DNA from: Vicinamibacterales bacterium
GTDB lineage: Bacteria > Acidobacteriota > Vicinamibacteria > Vicinamibacterales > UBA8438
NCBI GenBank assembly: GCA_965221305.1
Contig: OZ244881.1
Location: 3,670,091-3,734,090, forward strand
Reading direction: 5' to 3'
Length of the DNA: 64,000 bases
The notes below the pieces were generated by a model that saw nothing but the letters and a program-made list of their open reading frames with translations, did not search any database and was not told the DNA's origin. Positions within the stretch are counted from its first letter, which is position 1. Every line of letters starts with the position of its first letter. The position numbers were made by a program, and so were the translations under genes. This document shows, one piece after another, positions 29,739 through 38,977 of the stretch.

Positions 29739-30299
29739 TCAGGGGATCTCGAACGACTCGACCCGTAGCCGGCTGGGGCCTTCAGGTGAAGCCTCCCAGC
29801 GTCCGCTCACCGCCAACCGCCGGTCGCTCTGCTCGCTCAGGAGGGCTGTGGTCGGCTCCCCCGCGGCGAGCGGGAGGGCGAAGTCGGGCGACAGGGCCAG
29901 GGCTGGCGCGCCGCTCACGTCGGTGAGGCGCCCGACCGCGACGACCAGCACGCCGTCGGGAATGAAGCCGGCGTTGCGCACGGTGTCCCGTACCGCGTCC
30001 AGATCGACGTGGCGGCCGGGCTCGATGCCGAGGAGGATGCGACCGTCCTCAGGTCGGACCTCGACGCCCGCGACATGTTCCACACGTCCGAGCCTGCGTT
30101 CCAGTCCCAAGGCGCAGGAGGGGCACGTCAACTCGACCTCGACGGTCACCTGCACCATGCCCGGCATGTCCGGTGACTGCGCGCCCGTCCCGATGGTCGT
30201 CAGGGACGAGGCGAGCAACGCGGCGGCCAGCGTCAATGGCGCCGTCGCGATTCCGGTGGATTCGACCGATCGAGGGGGATTGCGCGTCGCCGTCGCCAT
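29739..30299 (-). CDS. Exported or anchored heavy-metal-associated (HMA)-like domain protein
   Basis: 186 aa from ATG 30299. Hydrophobic N-terminal segment. CxxC in an HMA-like context (VEVELTCPSCALGLERRLGRVEHVAGVEV). I do not recognise the C-terminal ~80 aa. Confidence 0.5.
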   Translation of the reverse strand: MATATRNPPRSVESTGIATAPLTLAAALLASSLTTIGTGAQSPDMPGMVQVTVEVELTCPSCALGLERRLGRVEHVAGVEVRPEDGRILLGIEPGRHVDLDAVRDTVRNAGFIPDGVLVVAVGRLTDVSGAPALALSPDFALPLAAGEPTTALLSEQSDRRLAVSGRWEASPEGPSRLRVESFEIP

Positions 30300-30631
30300 C
30301 GTTCGCCTCCGCGGGTCGTGGCGGGGCGCTCCGCCACCATGGCGCCAATGATACACGCCGGCCGCCGCCGGCGCGCTCGGAAGCTGACGCCCCCGGGCCC
30401 GGGCGTCGACGCTCCGAGCCGTCGCGGGCCGGTTCGCGCATTCCCGAGAGAACGGAGGTGAGGGGCCATGACGACGCCGCCGCGGGCGGGCGGTGCTCGA
30501 CCGGTGGGGCGGGCCCGGGAGGTCTATGGCGGTCCCGGCGGGTTTCGAAGAAACCGGATGTTCTCCATACTGATAACATTACCGGTTGCACGCTTGGCCC
30601 GGGCCGGAACGGCGGGCGCGCCATCCTACGC

Positions 30632-31585
30632 ATGCATCGCTTAGCGAACCCACGCCGCGAACCGGCGCAGCCGCGACGTGGCGCCCTCGCCGTTTCCGTT
30701 CTCCTTGCGGCGACGGTGCTCGCGTCGTCGGGTTGTTCGCTGCGGACGATGGCGGTCAACGCGGTGGTGCCGGTGCTTGCCGACCCCGCCGTTTACCTGT
30801 CCGAGGAGGATCCGGAGCTGGTTCGCGAGTCGCTCCCGTTCCTGCTCAAGACCCTCGAGTCGATCATCCTGGCGGAGCCGGAGCAGAACGAGGCGCTCGT
30901 GTCCGCCTGCTCGGGGTTCACCCTCTACGGCAACGCGTTCCTGCAGGTCGACGCCGACATCGCGAGCTGGGACGGCGAGTACGACCGCGAGATCGAGCTG
31001 CGCGACCGCACGTGGAGGCTCTACGTGCGCGCCCGCGACTACTGCCTGCGCAGCCTCGAGCTCAAGTACGCGGACATCGGGGACGGGCTGCGGGAGGATC
31101 CCGCCGCGGCCCTGGACGTCGTCGAGGCCGAGGACGTCGAGGTCCTGTTCTACCTGAGCGCGGCGTGGGGGCTGGCCATCTCGAACGCCCTCGACCAGCC
31201 CGATCTCGTCGCGGACCTGCCGGTGGTGCGGGCGCTTCTCGACCGGGCCCTCGAGCTCGACGAAGGTTACGGACGGGGCTCGGTTCACGCCGCCCTCATC
31301 ACCATCGAGTCGCTGCCGCCGCAGCTCGGCGGCTCGCCGGAGCGGGCGCGCGAGCACTTCGAGCGGGCGGTCGATCTGTCGGACGGGCTCGACGCGGGGC
31401 CCTACTTGACCCTCGCCCTCGGCGTCTCGGTGCCGGAGGAGGACCGGGCCGGGTTCGAGGACCTGCTGAACCGGGCCCTCGCCATCGACCCGGACGAGGA
31501 CACCAGCCTGCGGCTGCTGAACGTGGTGAACCAGAGGCGGGCGCGGCGGTTGCTCGACCGCGTCGACGACCTGTTTTTCGAGTAG
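30632..31585 (+). CDS. tatT: TRAP transporter TatT (T-component) family lipoprotein
   Basis: 317 aa. Lipobox-like LASSGC. Helical-repeat protein with the family-typical N-terminal block (MAVNAVVPVLA ... EDPELVRESLPFLLKTLESIILAEP ... RLYVRARDYCLRSLE). Lies directly upstream of dctP and dctQM. Confidence 0.75.
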   Translation: MHRLANPRREPAQPRRGALAVSVLLAATVLASSGCSLRTMAVNAVVPVLADPAVYLSEEDPELVRESLPFLLKTLESIILAEPEQNEALVSACSGFTLYGNAFLQVDADIASWDGEYDREIELRDRTWRLYVRARDYCLRSLELKYADIGDGLREDPAAALDVVEAEDVEVLFYLSAAWGLAISNALDQPDLVADLPVVRALLDRALELDEGYGRGSVHAALITIESLPPQLGGSPERAREHFERAVDLSDGLDAGPYLTLALGVSVPEEDRAGFEDLLNRALAIDPDEDTSLRLLNVVNQRRARRLLDRVDDLFFE

Positions 31586-31601
31586 CAAGGAGAACCGTTC
31601 G

Positions 31602-32600
31602 ATGACATCGCGATCCCTCGTGGTCACCGTGGTCCTGGCGGCGCTGCTGGCGCCGGCGGCGCTGCTGGCCCAGCGCGCGACCCGCATCCAGCTCGGGTCG
31701 ATCCTGCCCGCCAACTCCATCTGGGACCGGTCCCTGAAGGAGATGGCGGTCGAGTGGCGCGAGGAGACCGACGGCCGAGTGCAGCTTCGCGTGCAGAGCG
31801 GGGCGTTCCGCGACGAGGCGGCGCTGGCCCGCCGCCTGAGGCGGGGCCGCCCGCAGGCGGCCGTCTTCGGGCTGCCCGGGGACATCCACGAAGCGTTCAG
31901 CGTCCTGAACATCCCGTTCTTCTTCGAGTCGGACGAAGAGGTGTTCCACGTGGTCGAGGCGATCACCCCGACCTTCGAGCGCATCCTCGCCGACGAGGGG
32001 ATGGTGCTGCTGAACTGGGGCCACGCGGGTTGGGCGCACTTCTTCACCGAGAGCCGGGTGGAGACCCTCGACGACCTGCGGCGGATGAAGGTGTTCACGG
32101 CGGCCGGCGACGACCGGATGCTGCAATGGTACAAGGAGAACGGGTTCGACCCCCAGCCGCTGGCCGTGACCGACGTCCTCCTCGGCCTGAACACCGGGCT
32201 CATCAACGCCCATCCGAGCCCGCCCTATGTGGCCCTGCTGTTCCAGTGGTTCGACCAGACCCCGTTCATGCTCGACGTGCCTCTCGCCCCCGTGCTCGGG
32301 ATCACGGTGATGGCGGAGCGCACCTGGAACCGCATCGATGCCGAAGACCGGCAGGTGCTGCTGGCGTCGGCCAAGCGGCTCGAGCAGGAACTCCTGCGCG
32401 ACGTCGCCGCGCAGGAGCGCGACTCCATCGAGGAGATGAGGCAGCGCGGCCTCACCGTGGTCGAGATCGACGACGCCGGGAAGACGGCGTTCCGGGCCGT
32501 CGCGGCCGAGATGACCGCGTCGTGGCGGGGGACGCTGATTCCCGCCGACGTCTACGACATGGCGGTCGAGGCGCGGGACAGCTTCCGGGCCGGCCGCTGA
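31602..32600 (+). CDS. TRAP transporter substrate-binding protein (DctP family)
   Basis: 332 aa. Signal peptide. DctP-like blocks (NIPFFFESDEE, LLNWGHAGWAHFFT, MKVFTAAGD, LNTGLINA). Confidence 0.8.
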   Translation: MTSRSLVVTVVLAALLAPAALLAQRATRIQLGSILPANSIWDRSLKEMAVEWREETDGRVQLRVQSGAFRDEAALARRLRRGRPQAAVFGLPGDIHEAFSVLNIPFFFESDEEVFHVVEAITPTFERILADEGMVLLNWGHAGWAHFFTESRVETLDDLRRMKVFTAAGDDRMLQWYKENGFDPQPLAVTDVLLGLNTGLINAHPSPPYVALLFQWFDQTPFMLDVPLAPVLGITVMAERTWNRIDAEDRQVLLASAKRLEQELLRDVAAQERDSIEEMRQRGLTVVEIDDAGKTAFRAVAAEMTASWRGTLIPADVYDMAVEARDSFRAGR

Positions 32601-32620
32601 TGCATGGGGCCGGCCGCTGA
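32587..32620. repeat. 14-bp duplication (period 20) spanning the dctP stop codon
   Basis: gggccggccgctga at 32587-32600 ends in the dctP TGA. It recurs at 32607-32620, separated by tgcatg. Confidence 0.8.
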
Positions 32621-32738
32621 AGATGGATTGTCCACGACCGCACGCCGGCGCCGCCGTTTCCCGCGGCTCGTCGCGCCCGGCGCAGGGCAGGGGTGATGGT
32701 CGTCAGCGTTCCCGGCGACGCCGCCGACGCCGAGCCTC

Positions 32739-34574
32739 ATGACTGAGAGCGCCTCCGCCGCCACGCTCCGGGCTCCCTTGGTCCGCGCCCTCGGCGGGGC
32801 CGAGCAGGCGGTCGCCAACCTCGCGCTGGCCGCGATGGTGGTGCTGCCGCTGGCCGAGATCGTGGTCCGGCCGCTGGTGGCGGGCGGCATACCCGGCTCG
32901 ATCCCTTTCGTCCAGCACTTCACGCTCTGGGTCGGCTTTCTCGGCGCCGCCCTCGCCGCGCGTGACGGCAAGCTCATCGCCCTCGCGACCGCCTCGTTCG
33001 TTCCCGATGGCCGGGTCCGCGACGCCACCCGGGTGTTCGCGGCCGCCGTCGGCGCCGCGGTGTCGATGATGCTCGCGGCGGGGGCGTGGGACCTGATGAT
33101 GCTGGACCGCGAGGACGGCACCGTCATCGCGGCGGGGGTCCCGGTGTGGGTCGCGCAGCTCGTCCTGCCCGTCTCCTTCGCGGTCATCGCGGCGCGGCTC
33201 GCGTGGCGGGCGTCGCCGGCGTGGACGGGGCGGGCGGCGGCGGGGCTCGGCATCGTCGTCGGGCTTTGGTTCGGCCTGTCGGAGGGCCTGCTCGCCGAGG
33301 CGCCGCGCTGGCCGTTCATCTCGCTCGTGCTCGCCGCGGCCGTGCTCGGGGCGCCGATCTTCACGGTGCTGGGCGGGGCCGCGGTGCTGCTCTACCTGGC
33401 CGACGGCAACCTCCCGGTGCTGGTCACCATCGAGACCTACTCCCTCGCCGTACAGCCGCACCTGCCGGCGATTCCGCTGTTCACCCTGGCCGGGTTCATC
33501 CTCGCCGCGGGGAAGGCCTCCGAGCGGCTGCTCCGGGTGTTCCGGGCGGGGGTCGGGTGGATTCCCGGCGGCACCGCGATCGTCTGCGTCCTCCTGTGCG
33601 CGTTCTTCACGGTGTTCACGGGAGGGTCGGGGGTCACCATCCTCGCCCTCGGCGGTCTGCTCTTCCCGGCCCTCCTCAAGGACGGCTACCGGGACCGGTT
33701 CTCGCTGGGCCTCCTGACCGCGTCGGGTTCGCTGGGTCTGCTGTTCCCGCCGGCGATGCCCCTCATCCTCTACGCGATCGTCGCGCAGGTCGCGCCCGAC
33801 GACCTGTTCGTGGCCGGCATTCTGCCCGGGCTGCTGCTCGTCGGGCTGACCGCGGCCTGGGGCATGCGCGAGGGCATCGTCACCGGAGCGGGTCGGCACG
33901 ACTTCGGTTGGCCGGAGCTGCGCGCCGCGCTGTGGAACGCGAAGTGGGAACTGTCCGTTCCCTTCGTGGTCCTCGGGGTGCTCTTCAGCGGCTTCGCCAC
34001 CCTCGTCGAGACCGCCGCGTTCACCGCCCTCTACGCCGCCGTCATCCAGGGGGTGATCCACCGCGATTTCCCCCTCGGGCGCGGGCTCTACACCGCGTTC
34101 AGCGAGTGCGTGGTGCTCGTGGGCGGGGTGCTGATCATCCTGGGGGTCGCGGTCGGCTTCACCGCCTACCTGAACGACGCCGAGGTGCCGTACCTCATCG
34201 TCGAGTGGGCCGACGAACACATCGGATCGCGGCTCGTGTTCCTTCTCGCGCTGAACGTGTTCCTGCTGCTCGTGGGATGCCTGATGGACATCTTCTCGGC
34301 CATCTTCGTGGTGGTGCCGCTGGTGGTGCCGGTGGCCGAGCAGTTCGACGTCGACCTGCTGCACCTGGGCATCATCTTCATCGCGAACCTCGAGCTGGGG
34401 TTCCTCACGCCGCCGGTGGGGCTGAACCTGTTCCTGGCCTCGTACCGGTTCGACCGCCCCCTGCTCGAGGTCTACCGCGCCTCGCTGCCGCTGCTCGCCA
34501 TCCTGGGGTTGGGGGTGCTCATCATCACCTACATGCCGTGGCTGACCCTGGGGCTCGTCGAATGGCTGCGCTAG
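32739..34574 (+). CDS. TRAP transporter fused small/large permease (DctQ-DctM fusion)
   Basis: 611 aa polytopic membrane protein. N-terminal DctQ-like four-helix part, then a DctM-like part (FTGGSGVTILALGGLLFP, LGLLFPPAMPLILY, LGFLTPPVGLNLF). Confidence 0.85.
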   Translation: MTESASAATLRAPLVRALGGAEQAVANLALAAMVVLPLAEIVVRPLVAGGIPGSIPFVQHFTLWVGFLGAALAARDGKLIALATASFVPDGRVRDATRVFAAAVGAAVSMMLAAGAWDLMMLDREDGTVIAAGVPVWVAQLVLPVSFAVIAARLAWRASPAWTGRAAAGLGIVVGLWFGLSEGLLAEAPRWPFISLVLAAAVLGAPIFTVLGGAAVLLYLADGNLPVLVTIETYSLAVQPHLPAIPLFTLAGFILAAGKASERLLRVFRAGVGWIPGGTAIVCVLLCAFFTVFTGGSGVTILALGGLLFPALLKDGYRDRFSLGLLTASGSLGLLFPPAMPLILYAIVAQVAPDDLFVAGILPGLLLVGLTAAWGMREGIVTGAGRHDFGWPELRAALWNAKWELSVPFVVLGVLFSGFATLVETAAFTALYAAVIQGVIHRDFPLGRGLYTAFSECVVLVGGVLIILGVAVGFTAYLNDAEVPYLIVEWADEHIGSRLVFLLALNVFLLLVGCLMDIFSAIFVVVPLVVPVAEQFDVDLLHLGIIFIANLELGFLTPPVGLNLFLASYRFDRPLLEVYRASLPLLAILGLGVLIITYMPWLTLGLVEWLR

Positions 34575-34899
34575 CGGCGTGTCTCGCCGTGAGCATCGGG
34601 CGCGGACTTGGCCCCATCGGTCACAGCGTCAATGATCTTCCGGCGCCGCTCGCCCGCGCTATCGGCGGTGGCACGGCACCGGGAGTCTCCGCCGTAGAAG
34701 CGGTGCGGGCCGCTGGCGGGTCGGGGTCGGCGAGGCGCCAAGCGGGGTCACAGGAGACGGTTGGCCGGCCGGGAGCCCGCGGCGACAACGTGCGTCGCGT
34801 GGGTCGAACGCACCGGGGGTCCGGCCGTGCTCCCGCCGCCCGCCCCATCCCGCGGCGCGGGCTCCCGGCGGTCGACGCCGCCGATTCCGGCAGGACGCG

Positions 34900-36033
34900 G
34901 TGAACGACCCGGTCCTGGCGCTGTTGCGCGACCTGGTGGCCATCGACTCGGTCAACCCGACGCTGGCGCCGGGCGGCGCCGGCGAGGCGGCCATCGCCGA
35001 GTTCGCGGCCGCGGTGATGCGGCGGGCCGGGCTCGACGTGGCGGTGGCCGAGGCCGCGCCCGGCCGGCCGAACGTCGTCGGGGTGGTGGAGGGCCGGTCG
35101 CCGGGGCGCACGTTGATGCTCTGCGGGCACCTCGACACCGTCGGCGTCGAGGGGATGCGCGATCCGTTCACGCCGGTCGTGCGCGACGGGCGTCTCTACG
35201 GCCGCGGCGCGCAGGACATGAAGAGCGGCGTCGCGGCGATGATCGACGCGGCGGCTCGGATCGCCTTCCGCGGAGGGCTGCCGTCGGGCCGGCTGGTGAT
35301 TGCCGCGGTCGCCGACGAGGAGCACGCGAGTCTGGGCGCCGACGCCCTCGTGCGCGACCACGCCGCCGACGGGGCGGTGGTGACGGAGCCGACGGACCTC
35401 TGCATGGCGACGTGCCACAAGGGGTTCGAGTGGGTCGAGGTCGAGACGCGCGGCCGGGCCGCCCACGGCAGCCGCCCCGCCGACGGACGGGACGCGATTC
35501 TTCGCATGGGCCGGTTTCTCGCCCGCCTCGAAGACGCCGATGCCCGCTTGGCGGCGAGGCCGCACCCCCTGCTGGGGCCGGCCTCGCTCCACGCCTCGAC
35601 CATCGAAGGGGGGCGCGAGCTCAGCGTCTACCCCGACCGGTGCCGCCTGTCGTTCGAGCGCCGGACCCTGCTCGGAGAGCCGCCCGACGCCGGCCTCGCC
35701 GAGGCGCGGGCCATCCTGGACGCGCTGGCGCGGGACGACTCCGAGTTCGAGGGCTTCGCCCGGCCGATGTTCACGCGTCCCCCGCACGAGCTGCCCGCCG
35801 ACCACCCCCTGTGCCGGGCGCTGGCCCGGGTGCTGGAACGGCGGGGCGAGTCGCCCGAGCCCACCGGCATGTCGTTCTGGACCGATGCCGCGATCCTGGC
35901 CCGGGCTGGGACCCCGGCGGTGCTGTTCGGACCCCGCGGCGCCGGCCTGCACAGCCGCGAGGAGCACGTCGAGATCGACTCCGTGCTCACGTGTCGCGAC
36001 GTCCTGGTCGACCTCGCCCGCGACTTCTGCTGA
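34900..36033 (+). CDS. M20-family metallohydrolase (ArgE/DapE-like deacylase)
   Basis: 377 aa, GTG start. Motifs LMLCGHLDTV, GRGAQDMKSG, ADEEHAS. Dimerisation-domain insert. Confidence 0.85.
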   Translation: MNDPVLALLRDLVAIDSVNPTLAPGGAGEAAIAEFAAAVMRRAGLDVAVAEAAPGRPNVVGVVEGRSPGRTLMLCGHLDTVGVEGMRDPFTPVVRDGRLYGRGAQDMKSGVAAMIDAAARIAFRGGLPSGRLVIAAVADEEHASLGADALVRDHAADGAVVTEPTDLCMATCHKGFEWVEVETRGRAAHGSRPADGRDAILRMGRFLARLEDADARLAARPHPLLGPASLHASTIEGGRELSVYPDRCRLSFERRTLLGEPPDAGLAEARAILDALARDDSEFEGFARPMFTRPPHELPADHPLCRALARVLERRGESPEPTGMSFWTDAAILARAGTPAVLFGPRGAGLHSREEHVEIDSVLTCRDVLVDLARDFC

Positions 36034-36125
36034 CGGCGTCGGGGGCGATTCCGCCGGGTTCGCGCGTCGCTCCCGGCGGTGACACCGGCGCCGCCGCGCG
36101 CCGTTGCCGGCATGCGCTGCGGGCC

Positions 36126-36505
36126 GTCCGACGGCGATGACGCCCGATGCGTCAGCCGGGAGCCGCCGCGGTCCTGCTGCAGGTGCGGGCGTGGTCGGGA
36201 GGATGTGGCGGTTCCGCACGCGGCAGCGGTCGCCGTCCGCCGGCGATGACGTCCGATGCGTCAGCCGGGAGCCGCCGCGGTCCTGCTGCGGGTGGTCGAG
36301 GGTGCGGGCGTGGTAGGCGGAGGACGTGGCGGTTCCGGACGCGGCAGCGGTCGCCGTCCGACGGCGATGACGTCCAATCCAATCTAATGCGTCAGCCGGG
36401 AGCCGCCGCGGTCCTGCAGCAGGTGGTCGAGGGTGCGGGCGTAGTAGCGGAGGATGTGGCGGTTCCGGACGCGGTAGCGGTCGCCGTCGACGGCGATGAC
36501 GCCCC
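36126..36505. repeat. Tandem array of degenerate copies of the acyltransferase 3' end (three units plus a partial fourth)
   Basis: atgcgtcagccgggagccgccgcggtcctgc starts at 36147, 36256 and 36387; the last is the real gene end (...SRLTH-stop). Periods are 109 and 131 bp. Each unit ends gtcc/gtcg-(a/c)cggcgatgacg. A partial unit lies at 36126-36146. Copies carry substitutions and indels. Unit B ends in tccaatccaatctaa. Confidence 0.9.
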
Positions 36506-37511
36506 GAGTGACGAGGGGCTCGGTGGCCTGGTCGAGGGCGTCGCGCCCGCACTCGACGGCGAGATTGGCGGGAACGAGGCGGAGGGCGTCGAGCAGCTCG
36601 TCGATGCGTCCTTCGAGATCTCGCCGCCGCGTGGACGGCCGGAGGGCGGCGGCCACTAGGGCGGTGGGCAGCACCTTGTAGAGCCGGCCGATGGCCTCGC
36701 GGGTGCGGCGGGTCAAGGCCACGAGATCGCGGCGCGAGTCGGGGTCGATGGTCGTCAGCGGTATCGGTTGCCCGAAGGTGACGAACGCGCGCGTCCGGTA
36801 GCCCACCGCGAAGTTCACCATCTCGGCCACTTCCGTCGTGAAGAGACGCTGGCGCCGCTTGACCCGCTGGCGGGAGAGAGTCTGGTCCTCTAGCACGAGG
36901 TCGTAGGCGATTCCCACCGGCACGATCGCCGCGTCCGGCCGCCGGGCCTGCAGGACCGCCTGCAGCAGCCCGGTTTTCAGCTTCTTGAACTCGCCGCTGT
37001 AGCTGCGCCCGCCCTCCGGGTAGAGGAACAAGTCGTGGCGGTGCACCAGCTCGGCCACGTACGCCCGCAGGGTCGCCAGGTACGCGGGGTCGCGGGAGTT
37101 CCGGCGAATCGGGATGGCGCCGGTGACATAGCGGTTCAACAGCCCCATGGCGCCGTTGAACAGGTTGATGCCGGCGGTGATGACGGGGGGCCGGATCTCG
37201 TGGTCGTCGAGCACCACGAGCTCGACGAGGTAGTCCATGTGGCTCTTGTGGTTCGAGGCGTAGACGACGCGGTGAGATCGGGCGGCGTCCTGCGCCCGCT
37301 CGACGTGCTCCGCGTGCCGCTGTATCTTGCGCAGTATCGGGTAGAGAGGGTGCTTCAGGGCGCGATACACCTGGTATCGCTGGGTCGTCCTGAGCTCCTT
37401 GAGGTAGGCGGCGATTCGTTCCTGCGCCTCATGGGGACTCAGCCTCGTGCTGCCGCGGAGATACCGCGCCACCTCCGCCCGGGACAGCACGGCCTGGGTG
37501 ATCTCGTCCAC
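36384..37511 (-). CDS. Glycerol-3-phosphate / lysophospholipid acyltransferase family protein (PlsB-like)
   Basis: About 375 aa from GTG 37511; the alternative ATG at 37658 would add an Arg-rich 49 aa. HX4D motif NHKSHMDY, block III YPEGGRSYSG, VPVGIAYD. Confidence 0.8.
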   Translation of the reverse strand: MDEITQAVLSRAEVARYLRGSTRLSPHEAQERIAAYLKELRTTQRYQVYRALKHPLYPILRKIQRHAEHVERAQDAARSHRVVYASNHKSHMDYLVELVVLDDHEIRPPVITAGINLFNGAMGLLNRYVTGAIPIRRNSRDPAYLATLRAYVAELVHRHDLFLYPEGGRSYSGEFKKLKTGLLQAVLQARRPDAAIVPVGIAYDLVLEDQTLSRQRVKRRQRLFTTEVAEMVNFAVGYRTRAFVTFGQPIPLTTIDPDSRRDLVALTRRTREAIGRLYKVLPTALVAAALRPSTRRRDLEGRIDELLDALRLVPANLAVECGRDALDQATEPLVTRGVIAVDGDRYRVRNRHILRYYARTLDHLLQDRGGSRLTH

Positions 37512-37684
37512 TCTCGAAACTATACCACCGGCCCGTCGGGTCGCCGGCCGCGCAGGCCCGCCAATCCGCTGCCTGCGACGCCGCCTGGCGCCCAACCGGC
37601 CTCCCGGAGTTCGCGCCGTTCTGCGGCGCAGACTCCCGCTCCGGAAGCGACCCGACATGGGCAGCTTTTCTCAGGGACGGTCAA

Positions 37685-38977
37685 CTAGCGTGGCGCCGTG
37701 ACGATCGCCGGACGGGTCAGGCGCACCGTCAGCCTCGATCCGGGCGGCAGCGTGGCCGGGTTGGCCTGCCCGTTCAGGGCCGCCGCGGTTCCGCCCGCGG
37801 CCCCGATCGAGCCGCCGATGGCGGCGCCGCGCTCACCGCCGAAGATGGCCCCCAGGATGGAACCGGCCACCGCCGCGCCGCCGATCTTCGCGACGCTGTC
37901 GCCGCCTGGGGACTCGCCCTCCCGGTAGATCGTCTCGGTGGACAGCGTCATCTCGGTCCCGTCGTCCATCAGCAGCGTATGGAAGCGGACCCCGAGCCGG
38001 GAGGCGGAGCGGAGCCGGCCGCCCGTCTCGACGAGGACCACCGATCCCCGCATCCGCGTACCCGAGGGAATGGCTACTCGCGAGGCGACAAGCACGTCGC
38101 GGATCACCCGGGCCTCGACAGGGTCCTCGACCCTCGCCGTGCCGGTGGACACGGCGGTGTCGATCTGGATGCCGATCACCGAGTCGGCGGCGATCTCCAG
38201 CTCGTCGAACGCGGGCCACGAGGGCGTTGCGACGCCGGGGCCGACGGTTCGCGCATCGAGGAGGCCGGCGCCGGTCGGCGGCCGAGGGTGCGGCTCGACC
38301 CGGGGCGGCGCCGCGGCCGCCGTCGCCCCGACCGACCCCGCGGCCCTCGAGTCCGCCGTCCTCGCGGGCCCGTCCGCCCGTACCCATCCATCCACGACGG
38401 GAAGATCGCCGCGGGTCGGGCGCGGCTCGGCGGCCGCCAGTCGGGGGTCGACCGGGGGGCTCGTTTCCGGCGCGGTGTCGGGCGCCCGCTCCGGTTCCGG
38501 TTCGGGCCTCGCGGGCGGCGTGAACGGGGCGGCGACGGGCCGGGGCCTTCGGTGCGGCTCCGCCTCGATGATCCTCTCCGCCGGCGCTGCCGCGCCGTCG
38601 CGGGTCGTGGAGGCCGTCGGCTCGGAGGCCGGGGGGGCGGAGGCCTCGCGCCGAGGCGCCGGGGGCGGCGGCTCACGCCGCCGCGGCTCCCGCGGCTCGG
38701 TCGGGGGCTTGGCTGCGGCCGGTTCGACCTCGACCTCCGTCCCGATCGCGGCCCGCGAGTTCTCGGGCGGCGCCTCTGCAGCGGGAGGCGGTTCGGCGGA
38801 CCCGATCGGGTCGGTGGACGCGACCGGCTCGGCGGACGCGACCGGCTCGGCCGCCGCGGCCGGGGCGGACTCGGGAGCGAGCTGGATGGCGTGCCGCACG
38901 GCGAGATAGGAACCGACACCGGCCGCGGCGACGGCGGCGATCGCGATACCTGCAGCGGCGGCTATCTGCTTCGACAT
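37685..38977 (-). CDS. Membrane-anchored Pro/Ala-rich protein with conserved C-terminal beta-rich domain and glycine-zipper tail
   Basis: 430 aa from ATG 38977, preceded by gaggaaagga. N-terminal TM helix (IAAAAGIAIAAVAAAGVGSYLAV). About 250 aa of P/A/E-rich low complexity. C-terminal IPSGTRMRGSVVLVE ... and GGAAVAGSILGAIFGGERGAAIGGSIGAAGG. Confidence 0.7.
   Translation of the reverse strand: MSKQIAAAAGIAIAAVAAAGVGSYLAVRHAIQLAPESAPAAAAEPVASAEPVASTDPIGSAEPPPAAEAPPENSRAAIGTEVEVEPAAAKPPTEPREPRRREPPPPAPRREASAPPASEPTASTTRDGAAAPAERIIEAEPHRRPRPVAAPFTPPARPEPEPERAPDTAPETSPPVDPRLAAAEPRPTRGDLPVVDGWVRADGPARTADSRAAGSVGATAAAAPPRVEPHPRPPTGAGLLDARTVGPGVATPSWPAFDELEIAADSVIGIQIDTAVSTGTARVEDPVEARVIRDVLVASRVAIPSGTRMRGSVVLVETGGRLRSASRLGVRFHTLLMDDGTEMTLSTETIYREGESPGGDSVAKIGGAAVAGSILGAIFGGERGAAIGGSIGAAGGTAAALNGQANPATLPPGSRLTVRLTRPAIVTAPR

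Noticed and set aside
36126-36505. Diversity-generating retroelement (template/variable repeat pair at a gene's 3' end).
   Set aside because: No reverse transcriptase is in the window. There are more than two copies. Differences include indels and are not restricted to adenine positions of one copy.
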